DNA of 51,663 nucleotides, taken from the IMG/VR virus record IMGVR_UViG_3300045988_097328. One strand, written 5' to 3'. The DNA comes from a virus. The notes beneath the pieces were generated by a model that worked only from the letters and a program-made list of their open reading frames with translations, ran no database searches and was not told the DNA's origin. Each line of letters opens with the position of its first letter. Position 1 is the first letter of the stretch. The position numbers were made by a program, and so were the translations under genes. Below, piece after piece: positions 42,396-50,079 of the stretch.

Positions 42396-43703
42396 ATGGA
42401 CGCATACATCAATGAGGACGCGGAAAAGAGCCTGATTGGACTTGCAATGCAAGACGCAATCGTGGCGCAAGAGGTTGCCGCACTGCCTGATGCACTCTTT
42501 GGCTTAAAGCAGATGCAAGCCTGTCAGCGCGGAATCATGCGACTTGTGAAGCAGGGGAAACAAGTTGACCTTGTGACGCTGGATGCAGAAGTGCAATGCG
42601 ACTTCCAAGATACCGCCCTCTTGATGCAATGCGTACAAATGGGCATTTCGCCCGTCATGTCGCGGCAGTACATAGCGATTTTGGCGGAGTGCGCGAAACG
42701 CCGCGAACTGGCGACGCTGGCGCGAAAAATCCTGCAAGATGTAGGAAATCCGGGCGTGTCGGTTGCAGCGCTGCAAGCGGATTGCGCAGCGGCGGCACAG
42801 TCGTCAACCGCTATCAACGACGGGGTGACGATGCACGAAGCGTCGCTCATGCTTGCGAATTCTTTCGACAAGAAGGATGGCGTAACTTGCGGAATCGCAG
42901 ACCTTGACGTGATGCTGGGCGGTTTCAAGCCGGGACAGCTAATCTATATCGGCGCACGTCCCGGCGTTGGCAAAACGTCACTTGCTATCTGCATGGCGAA
43001 GTACGTTGCGGAACACGGTGGCGGTGTGCTGCTCGTGTCGCTGGAGATGAACCCGGTGGAGATTGCAGCGCGATTCATGGCGAACGAATCAGGCGTAGAC
43101 TTGCAGAAAATCTCCACAGGCAAGATGGAATTAGAGGATTTCGCGCAGATTTCGCCCTGCTATCAGGCGCTTGCAGATTTACCAGTCACAATCGAAGAAA
43201 GAGCGGTCACGCCCTTGCAAATCCGCAACGCGGCAGCAAAAATGAAGGCAAGCAAGCAGGGGTTGAGCCTGATTGTAGTTGACTACATCCAGCTCATGCG
43301 AGCCGATGAGAAGTGCGGAAACCGCACGGAGGAAGTCACGCAAATCAGCCGCGAATTGAAGCTGATGGCGATGGATTTTGGCGTTCCGCTGCTGTGCATG
43401 ACGCAGTTCAACCGCGAAAGCGAGAAGGGGTTTGGCAAGTCGGCAAAAAGCGAGCCGGATATGTCACAAGCGCGAGACAGCGGCGCGATTGAGCAGGACG
43501 CGAACGTGTTTCTCATCCTGCACGAGCCGGAAGAGCCGCAGGACGAGAACAGCGACAGATGGCAGATGTACCACAATTGTCAAGCGAACGGTTTGACGTG
43601 GCAGACGTGCCGAATCAGGAAGAACAGAAACGGCGCAACGGGGCTTGTTCATCTTGGCTTCGACAAGCCGCATATGCGATATACTTGCCTAAAAAAGGAA
43701 TAG
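42396..43703 (+). CDS. dnaB: replicative DNA helicase DnaB
   Basis: 435 aa; Walker A GARPGVGKTS, Walker B LIVVDYIQLM, QLNRE-type motif TQFNRESE. Confidence 0.9.
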   Translation: MDAYINEDAEKSLIGLAMQDAIVAQEVAALPDALFGLKQMQACQRGIMRLVKQGKQVDLVTLDAEVQCDFQDTALLMQCVQMGISPVMSRQYIAILAECAKRRELATLARKILQDVGNPGVSVAALQADCAAAAQSSTAINDGVTMHEASLMLANSFDKKDGVTCGIADLDVMLGGFKPGQLIYIGARPGVGKTSLAICMAKYVAEHGGGVLLVSLEMNPVEIAARFMANESGVDLQKISTGKMELEDFAQISPCYQALADLPVTIEERAVTPLQIRNAAAKMKASKQGLSLIVVDYIQLMRADEKCGNRTEEVTQISRELKLMAMDFGVPLLCMTQFNRESEKGFGKSAKSEPDMSQARDSGAIEQDANVFLILHEPEEPQDENSDRWQMYHNCQANGLTWQTCRIRKNRNGATGLVHLGFDKPHMRYTCLKKE

Positions 43704-43716
43704 GAGGATGGAAGTC

Positions 43717-44061
43717 ATGCACAAAATCATCATTTTGGAAAGCGAACAGTTTGGAAACATCCGAGTGTTCGTCGAAGAGGGAGGACCAAGACTGTGGTTT
43801 GTGACGATTGACATTTGTCGAGCGCTGGACATCGACCCAACAGCGACGCGCCGCCTTGATAAGGACGAAAGAGTTACAGTGCGTTTAACGCATACCAGCT
43901 CGGACGGAACGTTCCAAGAACGCAAATTGGCTTGCGTCAGCGAAAGCGGTCTGTATGCTCTCGTTCTCGGTAGCAGCAAGCCCGAAGCAAAAACCTTTAA
44001 GAGCTGGATTACGCAAGAGGTCTCTGCTATATCAAAAAGTTTAGGATGGGAGCGGGCGTAA
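43717..44061 (+). CDS. Bro-N domain protein (antirepressor-like)
   Basis: FGNIRVFVEEGGPRLWFVTIDICRALDI...SESGLYALVLGSSKPEAKTFKSWI. Confidence 0.7.
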   Translation: MHKIIILESEQFGNIRVFVEEGGPRLWFVTIDICRALDIDPTATRRLDKDERVTVRLTHTSSDGTFQERKLACVSESGLYALVLGSSKPEAKTFKSWITQEVSAISKSLGWERA

Positions 44062-44255
44062 TGCGAGTAAAACCAAAACCTTGCCCGAATTGCGGGGGCA
44101 AGTACGTAGAAATGTGTTGTAAATTCTTCGACGGTAACGGTTTTGAGGTAAGATGCTTGGACTGTGGCTATATCGGTGAGTTCGGGAAAACAAGAGCCGC
44201 AGCCGTGAGAGCGTGGAATAACGACGAAAGGAGAAAGAAGAATGCAGGATTATAA
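44061..44255 (+). CDS. lar: Lar-family restriction-alleviation-like zinc-ribbon protein
   Basis: 64 aa; KPKPCPNCGG...RCLDCGY...AAAVRAWNN. Confidence 0.55.
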   Translation: MRVKPKPCPNCGGKYVEMCCKFFDGNGFEVRCLDCGYIGEFGKTRAAAVRAWNNDERRKKNAGL

Positions 44256-44421
44256 ACTGAAACCGTGCCCGTTCTGCGGGGGACGAAAAATCGAACTGGT
44301 AGAACCTGAGTATTTTTTCGGCAGTTGGTTTTGCGAATGCGCTACGTGTAGACAAGCCATTGCAGCAGGAAAAACGGCAGAGGAAGAACAAAAAAAGAAT
44401 GGAGGGGACGGAAATGAGTGA
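44242..44421 (+). CDS. second Lar-like zinc-ribbon protein (59 aa)
   Basis: below the track cutoff; GGAG RBS; KLKPCPFCGGRKIE...CECATC. Confidence 0.5.
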   Translation: MQDYKLKPCPFCGGRKIELVEPEYFFGSWFCECATCRQAIAAGKTAEEEQKKNGGDGNE

Positions 44422-44860
44422 GAAAAAGCCGATGCCGAAATGCCCGTACTGCGGATGGGAAATGCAACATCATTTTGATTATCCAATGAAGTATTGCGAT
44501 GTGCAGTTTTATTGTAAACACTGCAATGCAATGTCTCCGAGTGCAAGAGGCTGTCAGACAAGCACGGAAAGTGTCGAAAAGGCATTAGAAGAAGCCTATG
44601 AGAAGGCTATGAAACGGTATGAAGAGCCTAACCGGGTGCTGACGCTGGAAGAATTGCAAACGTATATCGGTTACGCTTGGTATGAAGGAGACCATAAGTG
44701 GTATCACAGCAGCTTTGACTACCCGGTCTGGATTCAAGATGGCAGGTACAACTACGAAGGAGATTTGTACGATATACCTGATGTGGAAGGACGCTTCTGG
44801 CTGCGGAAGCCGACGAAGGCAGAATTGGACGCGAAAAGGGAGGACGAAGATGAAAGATAA
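44414..44860 (+). CDS. zinc-ribbon protein with WRCW-type domain (paralogue 3)
   Basis: GGAGGGGA RBS; CPYCGW...CKHCNA; PNRVLTLEEL...GRFWLRKPTKAELD. Confidence 0.6.
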   Translation: MSEKKPMPKCPYCGWEMQHHFDYPMKYCDVQFYCKHCNAMSPSARGCQTSTESVEKALEEAYEKAMKRYEEPNRVLTLEELQTYIGYAWYEGDHKWYHSSFDYPVWIQDGRYNYEGDLYDIPDVEGRFWLRKPTKAELDAKREDEDER

Positions 44861-45128
44861 CAAAAACCGGGTACTGACACTTGCGGAATTGGCAATCAGC
44901 GCAGAAACGCTCGTATGGATTGAAGATAACAACGGGGACGACGAGCCGTGCGTCCGTGCGCGAATGTTAACGTACTGGGAACCTAAAAGCCATCGCATAT
45001 ATTTCGACGGCGGACGCACATGGTACGCCGATTATACATACGGCGAGACGTGGCGCTGCTGGTTGAGGAATCCGACGGAGCAGCAGATGAGGGACACGCC
45101 GTGGGAGGAAAGCAAAAATGAAGTATGA
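44850..45128 (+). CDS. WRCW-domain protein (paralogue 4)
   Basis: GGGAGGA RBS; NRVLTLAELA...TWRCWLRNPTEQQMRDTPWEE. Confidence 0.6.
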   Translation: MKDNKNRVLTLAELAISAETLVWIEDNNGDDEPCVRARMLTYWEPKSHRIYFDGGRTWYADYTYGETWRCWLRNPTEQQMRDTPWEESKNEV

Positions 45129-45897
45129 GTTCACTGGCGAAGTGAAATACATCGGCCGTAAGATATTGCATCGAATCCGCGCAGTGCGAGACATCCCGGA
45201 ATACGAGATTAAAAGCGGCGACATGGGAGGATGGCTCGAAACAGAGAAAAATCTTTCACATAACGGCTCAGCGTGGGTGACGGATTCTGCGGTGGTGATG
45301 GACGCGGCGTTCGTGACGGGAGATGCGCGTGTGATGGATTCTGCGTTGGTGATGGGAAATGCGCGTGTGATGGGCGCGGCGCGGGTGATGGACGAGGCGT
45401 TCGTGACGGGAGATGCGCGTGTGACGGATTCTGCGCGGGTGACGGGTTTGTCGCTGGTGGCTGGAAATGCGTTGGTGATGGAAAATGCGCGTGTGATGGA
45501 TTCTGCGCGGGTGACGGGTTTGCCGCTGGTGGCTGGAAATGCGTTGGTGATGGAAAATGCGCGTGTAATGGGCGTGGCGCGGGTGACGGGCGCAGCGTGC
45601 GTAAGGGGCGCAGCGTGCGTAAGGGGCGCAGCGTGGGTGACGGGAAATGCGCATATAATGAACTCGGCTGATTACATCACCATCAATACAATCAAAAACT
45701 GTGACGATACAACCACCTTTTATCGCGGCGCAGATGGGGGAATATATGTCGCCTGCGGACGCTTCAGCGGCTCAATTGACGACTTCGCCGCAAAAGTCAA
45801 GCAAGTCCATGCCGGGACAAAGCACGAAAGGACGTACCTGTTGGCAATCGAACTGGCAAAGGCGCAGATTGCGACGGAGGAGGAAAATGATGGCTGA
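45118..45897 (+). CDS. beta-helix-like repeat protein (hexapeptide/bactofilin-like A-R-V-x-G/D periodicity)
   Basis: 259 aa; GDARVMDSALVMGNARVMGAARVMDEAFVTGDARV... Confidence 0.6.
   Translation: MKYEFTGEVKYIGRKILHRIRAVRDIPEYEIKSGDMGGWLETEKNLSHNGSAWVTDSAVVMDAAFVTGDARVMDSALVMGNARVMGAARVMDEAFVTGDARVTDSARVTGLSLVAGNALVMENARVMDSARVTGLPLVAGNALVMENARVMGVARVTGAACVRGAACVRGAAWVTGNAHIMNSADYITINTIKNCDDTTTFYRGADGGIYVACGRFSGSIDDFAAKVKQVHAGTKHERTYLLAIELAKAQIATEEENDG
45415..45558 (+). repeat. two tandem 72-nt (24-codon) units inside the repeat-protein gene
   Basis: 45415-45486 versus 45487-45558 differ at about 3 positions; additional 18-nt repeats at 45589-45640. Confidence 0.85.
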
Positions 45898-46195
45898 CCG
45901 AAAAATCACGGCTATGCACCGAGTATACGGGCAAGACGATGCGCATAAGTGCGCGGATTGCTTGAACCTCTGCATCTATGTAACGTCGAGCCATACGCAA
46001 TATAAGTGCATGGCGTACGGAGCGAGCGCTTCCGCGGCGACTGACTGGGCGAAGCGCTGGACAGCTTGTGGATTGCACGGAAAAACGCTTGCGATTGACC
46101 ATGTGCCGCTCATGAAGCGCCTAAAACCTGCGAGGCGGCAGGAAGAGCCGCTTGATGGGCAGATGACATTCTTGGCAACGGAGGATGGAAGCTGA
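45887..46195 (+). CDS. hypothetical Cys-containing protein
   Basis: GGAGGAGG RBS, ATG 45887 or 45890. Confidence 0.5.
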   Translation: MMADRKITAMHRVYGQDDAHKCADCLNLCIYVTSSHTQYKCMAYGASASAATDWAKRWTACGLHGKTLAIDHVPLMKRLKPARRQEEPLDGQMTFLATEDGS

Positions 46196-46383
46196 TGAAA
46201 ACTGTGACGCTGCCCGCGGCGGTGATTTTCGGCACGATGATTGGTCTGGGGCTGACGGGCTTCCTGCTGGCGAAGGAAACGCGCCCGTGGTACATTTACA
46301 TTCTGCTGGCGCTCGTCAACTGTATCATTTCGATTCTTGTGTACGCCGGAACGGATACGCTTGCCGCGTGGTTATGGGGATGA
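46195..46383 (+). CDS. small membrane protein (2 TM)
   Basis: 62 aa; AAVIFGTMIGLGLTGFLL and YIYILLALVNCIISILVY. Confidence 0.5.
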   Translation: MKTVTLPAAVIFGTMIGLGLTGFLLAKETRPWYIYILLALVNCIISILVYAGTDTLAAWLWG

Positions 46384-46459
46384 CAATGACGGTTATCGGT
46401 CTGCTGTGTCTGCTGGCGGCTACGGTGTGCGTGGCTTGCGCATTTATCAACAAGGAGTG

Positions 46460-46804
46460 ATGATGGTTGTGAAAGAATTGCAAGATGAAATTGTAACGGT
46501 TGTGTTCTCCGAGCTTCTCCGAGCGCAAAAAGAGCATGGAGAAACGTTCAACTCCATGCCGGAGGCGTTCTCCGTCATCTGGGAGGAAATCGAGGAAGCG
46601 AATGAAGAGATGCAGCGCGTTCGGCAAAAGGCGAATGACGTGTGGCTGGCAAATCGACGGGACGATGCAGACGCGTTTCGGATGTGCGCGAGCAAAACAG
46701 CGGCGGCAGCTACACTGCTGGCTTGCGAAGCTGTGCAGGTTGCCGCTATGTGCATCAAGGCGCAGAAAGGAGGTGCAGCATGGTCGAAAAGCAAGATTGG
46801 CTGA
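46460..46804 (+). CDS. hypothetical helical protein (MazG-like pyrophosphohydrolase?)
   Basis: AAGGAG RBS; ...EHGETFNSMPEAFSVIWEEIEEANEE...; weak resemblance only. Confidence 0.35.
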   Translation: MMVVKELQDEIVTVVFSELLRAQKEHGETFNSMPEAFSVIWEEIEEANEEMQRVRQKANDVWLANRRDDADAFRMCASKTAAAATLLACEAVQVAAMCIKAQKGGAAWSKSKIG

Positions 46805-46938
46805 ACGCATTGACAATCTGCCCGGTTTGTAACGCAGTAATGAAACGATACACTACGATTGATGTGCAAGGAGGCGCATGGGTAAAATGTACAAATCCAA
46901 AGTGCGGACTACACGGCGTTCTATTTATGCCGATATAA
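46780..46938 (+). CDS. small zinc-ribbon protein (52 aa)
   Basis: AAAGGAGGTG RBS; CPVCN...CTNPKCG. Confidence 0.45.
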   Translation: MVEKQDWLNALTICPVCNAVMKRYTTIDVQGGAWVKCTNPKCGLHGVLFMPI

Positions 46939-47297
46939 TCCCGACGGAGGATGAAGAGCAGGAAGCCCTTTTCCGCTGGGCAGATGCTCAAAGCGCAACG
47001 AAGCCGTGGCTGAAAGGGATGTTCGCCATCCCGAACGGCGGTTATCGCGCCAAAGCAACCGCCGCAAGAATGAAGCGAACCGGGACGCGTGCAGGAGTGC
47101 CGGACATCTTCCTGCCTGTCTCCAACGGGCGCGAACACGGGCTTTTCATCGAGATGAAGCGGCGCAAGGGCGGGACGGTATCGTCATCGCAGAAGGTGCG
47201 CATGAAGATGCTGACTGCCGAGGGTTACCGTTGCGTTGTGGCAAAGGGCTGCCAAGAAGCGATTGACGCAATTATGCAATACATGGACGGAGAGTGA
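46878..47297 (+). CDS. VRR-NUC domain nuclease
   Basis: GVPDIFLPVSNGREHGLFIEMKRRKGGTVSSSQ (PD-ExK core). Confidence 0.7.
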   Translation: MGKMYKSKVRTTRRSIYADIIPTEDEEQEALFRWADAQSATKPWLKGMFAIPNGGYRAKATAARMKRTGTRAGVPDIFLPVSNGREHGLFIEMKRRKGGTVSSSQKVRMKMLTAEGYRCVVAKGCQEAIDAIMQYMDGE

Positions 47298-47301
47298 GAC
47301 A

Positions 47302-47583
47302 ATGGTGGACACAGACGAAATCCGTTACTCCTTTTGGCTTGAGAAAGAGCTGGAAAAGAACGTCAAGCGGCTTGCAGGGAACGTTTCGCGCGGATGCAAA
47401 AGCCGCCACGATGCCTACAAAGTCAGGGCGACGCAGGACGCAATCAGGCGGCTAAACGGCGAGAAGGAGGCAAACGGAGCAATCGAGAAGGTACAAGATA
47501 TGCTGTACACGGAGCTAATGAGCGGACAGATTCGCCCTGCGCTGTATACAGCTATCGTTAAGGCGTTTGAAGGGGTAAAATAA
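47302..47583 (+). CDS. hypothetical protein (93 aa)
   Basis: GGAGAG RBS. Confidence 0.55.
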   Translation: MVDTDEIRYSFWLEKELEKNVKRLAGNVSRGCKSRHDAYKVRATQDAIRRLNGEKEANGAIEKVQDMLYTELMSGQIRPALYTAIVKAFEGVK

Positions 47584-47610
47584 TCGTTGGGCGGTTTGCG
47601 GGAGGGGAAA

Positions 47611-48006
47611 ATGGTTGACTTAAAGCGGATGCGGTATCTCATCAGGCGGTATCCTATGGCTTGCTTGCGAGCAGAACAGGCGCGAATCCGGGCGCAGAAG
47701 CTGACGCGGACAATCAGCGACGCGCCGCGCGGGGGCGGAAGTATGAACAGCACGGAGGAAGGGCTGCTGTATCGCATCGAGGCACTGGAACGCAAGAAAG
47801 CAATCTGGGACGAGTTGTGCAGGATGCGCGAAGAGCTTGCGCCGCTGGTGGATGCGCTGGAAAGTCCGCTGGAAGTGCAGTGCATGAGAATGCGGTATCT
47901 GGAGGGAAGGAGCGTCCGGGAAATCAGCTACAATCTGGCGTATTCCGAGCAGCATGTTTTTCGCGTGATTGGTAACGCGGAGCGGAAAATCCAGAGCGCG
48001 GAATAA
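47611..48006 (+). CDS. sigma-70 region-4-like late transcription regulator (ArpU/RinA/DUF1492-like)
   Basis: GGGAGGGG RBS; ...VQCMRMRYLEGRSVREISYNLAYSEQHVFRVIGNAERKI. Confidence 0.5.
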   Translation: MVDLKRMRYLIRRYPMACLRAEQARIRAQKLTRTISDAPRGGGSMNSTEEGLLYRIEALERKKAIWDELCRMREELAPLVDALESPLEVQCMRMRYLEGRSVREISYNLAYSEQHVFRVIGNAERKIQSAE

Positions 48007-48011
48007 GGTGG

Positions 48012-48040
48012 TCGCGCATCGAAAGGTGCGCGATTTTCTT
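48012..48040 (+). terminator. rho-independent terminator ending the early/replication operon
   Basis: TCGCGCA-tcgaaagg-TGCGCGA then TTTTCTT. Confidence 0.8.
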
Positions 48041-48073
48041 TGCAAAAAATCTCAAAAAAATGTGATTTACCCC

Positions 48074-48160
48074 TTGACATATACGACAGTATATGTTATA
48101 ATAATTAGTGTCAAGGGGGCGGTACAAAATAAAGCACCCAGACAGAAAGAGGTAACGATT
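48074..48160 (+). promoter_or_regulatory. promoter-leader cassette C: TTGACA-N17-TATAAT with spacer palindrome and conserved leader
   Basis: TTGACA 48074-48079, TATAAT 48097-48102; ACATATAC-gaca-GTATATGT at 48077-48096; leader GTCAAGGGGGCGGTACAAAATAAAGCACCCAGACAGAAAGAGGTAA. Confidence 0.8.
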
Positions 48161-48547
48161 ATGGGCTTTTTGAATAATATGTTTGGCGACTTGGGCATCC
48201 ATCGCATTTCTAATAACTACTTCTCGATGAGCCATATAAACGAGGACGGGACGAAAATCATTGTCCGTGTCGATAGGGGACAGGTGTTCAAGACAAAGTA
48301 CGGTTACGGATTGATTCTCGACCAAAATCATGTTCAGTTTTTGAAGTCATGGGCGGTCAACGATAACTGGTACGGAATGTATATCATGCTGGATAAGCAG
48401 TATTTTACCCCGAAAGAATGGGGTGAGTTCGAGGACTATCCGGTAGAAAAAGAAAATCTTGACTTTGAAACATGGGTAAAAACTGCAAAAGAACAGGAGA
48501 ATATGGCAAAGAAAGACCGCATAAATTTTCAAGTTTACTGGCGTTAA
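48161..48547 (+). CDS. hypothetical protein (128 aa), first gene of cassette C
   Basis: start set by the conserved leader. Confidence 0.6.
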   Translation: MGFLNNMFGDLGIHRISNNYFSMSHINEDGTKIIVRVDRGQVFKTKYGYGLILDQNHVQFLKSWAVNDNWYGMYIMLDKQYFTPKEWGEFEDYPVEKENLDFETWVKTAKEQENMAKKDRINFQVYWR

Positions 48548-48574
48548 GTAAAAGAAATGGGAGGAGTAAAGCAT

Positions 48575-49399
48575 ATGATTGATACCCAAAAGGCGCGAAA
48601 AGCACTGACGGAAAATGAAACAACCGTCATAAATTACCTAAACAAGCACGGCATTGATGGCGAATTGACCGTGCAGACCTGCACACGGACGAAGTTCACC
48701 ATTCGGCGCAGCGACGGCGAAGAAATCACGTTCAACCTTCCTGCGCGTCTCTATCGCGCTGGTTATCCAAACATCAATTCTTATCTCGCGACAGTCCGAG
48801 ACCTCATCCAGCCGCCGAAGAGGCGCGAGCCAAACGAAGTTTCCGAGGAAGAAATCGCGCGATACATGCCGGGAAAATGGTCGCCGGACTACATTGCCGC
48901 TATTATCGCCTATGTTAAGCGAGTAAAAAAAGTCGGTATGATACTGTACATCGTGTCGGAGTACGACATCGAGGCGCAGTCATGTTTTCGCGGTTCTCAT
49001 GAAGACTTACTTCGCCTCGACAAATTCGACGGCTACGACCGTGCAGAAGAAAGTGGGCATCCTCTGCTGGTTACGGAGGACAAGGAAAAGGCAGAAAAAC
49101 TTTTTGCCGGAAAAACATCAGGCTTCTACGGGCACGGAGGAATCGCATATAAGCATGGATTCTTTTACGGCGAATATCAAGTCAATGCGCCGGAAGATGA
49201 AGATGACACCATGCCGGAAATCGAATGTGTTGGTTCGTCGGACGCGCCAGTTGAAATCAACGTGTACCGCCGCGACAATGACGCGGATTGGGATGAAGAG
49301 GGCGAAGTCGTTGCAACCTTCTCCACCTACGCGGAAGCCTTCGCAGAACGCGATTTGTCCGCAACCTGTGACAGGGACAGCGAATACTACGTCCAATAA
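48575..49399 (+). CDS. hypothetical acidic protein (274 aa)
   Basis: GGGAGGAG 8 nt before ATG 48575. Confidence 0.6.
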   Translation: MIDTQKARKALTENETTVINYLNKHGIDGELTVQTCTRTKFTIRRSDGEEITFNLPARLYRAGYPNINSYLATVRDLIQPPKRREPNEVSEEEIARYMPGKWSPDYIAAIIAYVKRVKKVGMILYIVSEYDIEAQSCFRGSHEDLLRLDKFDGYDRAEESGHPLLVTEDKEKAEKLFAGKTSGFYGHGGIAYKHGFFYGEYQVNAPEDEDDTMPEIECVGSSDAPVEINVYRRDNDADWDEEGEVVATFSTYAEAFAERDLSATCDRDSEYYVQ

Positions 49400-49413
49400 G
49401 AAGAGGATACAAA

Positions 49414-49632
49414 ATGCGTAAAGAGTATTACCAAGGCGACGTGTCAGTCCGAGCGATGCGGAAGTATCGCGAAAAAGAAGGAATCAAGACGGTGCGCTTC
49501 GACGTTCGCGCTGGGAGCAAAGAGGCGCTGGAAGAAGAAGCAAAGCGCCGTGGTCTTTCGGTGGCGCAGCTAATCGTTGATTCCGTAAACGCCTATGTCG
49601 GGCGTGAGATAATTGCAAACAAAAAACAATAA
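49414..49632 (+). CDS. ribbon-helix-helix-like DNA-binding protein, last gene of cassette C
   Basis: 72 aa; VRFDVRAGSKEALEEEAKRRGLSVAQLIVDSVNAYV. Confidence 0.5.
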   Translation: MRKEYYQGDVSVRAMRKYREKEGIKTVRFDVRAGSKEALEEEAKRRGLSVAQLIVDSVNAYVGREIIANKKQ

Positions 49633-49639
49633 TAGAATG

Positions 49640-49667
49640 GGCGCATCCAATGGGGGTGCGCCTTTTT
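49640..49667 (+). terminator. rho-independent terminator
   Basis: GGCGCA-11 nt-TGCGCC then TTTTT. Confidence 0.75.
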
Positions 49668-49726
49668 CGTTGCGAAAAAAGTTTGCAAAAATCGCAGAAA
49701 AAATGTGATTTACCCCTTGACATATA

Positions 49727-49803
49727 CGGCAGTATATGCTATAATAATAGTGTCAGGAGGGCGGTACAAAAAATAAAGCCCCCGACAGAAAGAGGTAATG
49801 ATT
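49727..49803 (+). promoter_or_regulatory. promoter-leader cassette D: TTGACA-N17-TATAAT with spacer palindrome and conserved leader
   Basis: TTGACA 49727-49732, TATAAT 49750-49755; ACATATAC-ggca-GTATATGC; leader GTCAGGAGGGCGGTACAAAAAATAAAGCCCCCGACAGAAAGAGGTAA. Confidence 0.8.
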
Positions 49804-50007
49804 ATGAAGACCATCAAGCTGAGCACCAAGGCGCTGGAAACCCTCAACCGCATCGGTGACTATCCCACCCGAAATTGGATTTACGTCCGTGATTATTATA
49901 CTGGCAAGTACAAGCGCATCTCGAAAGCAGTGTTTGATGACCCGGCGACGGTTTGCTTTAAGATGCAGACCGAGTGGGAATACATCAAAGTCAAAGCGAT
50001 AAAGTAA
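49804..50007 (+). CDS. hypothetical protein (67 aa), cassette D
   Basis: start set by the conserved leader. Confidence 0.55.
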   Translation: MKTIKLSTKALETLNRIGDYPTRNWIYVRDYYTGKYKRISKAVFDDPATVCFKMQTEWEYIKVKAIK

Positions 50008-50042
50008 GACTTGTTCACACAATCCCGCCTAATCGCAACAAA

Positions 50043-50079
50043 ATGCCGCCTGAGAGCCGCCGGAGCAATCAGGCGGCAT
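50043..50079 (+). other. 11-bp stem-loop after cassette D (no U tract)
   Basis: ATGCCGCCTGA-15 nt-TCAGGCGGCAT; a third copy of AGGCGGCAT at 50120-50128. Confidence 0.4.

Noticed and set aside
45268-45671. ORFs 45268-45654(-) and 45273-45671(+), with striking HPR/GDG periodic translations
   Set aside because: These are alternative-frame readings of the 18/72-nt periodic repeats inside the 45118-45897 gene. Only that frame has an RBS and non-repetitive N- and C-terminal domains.
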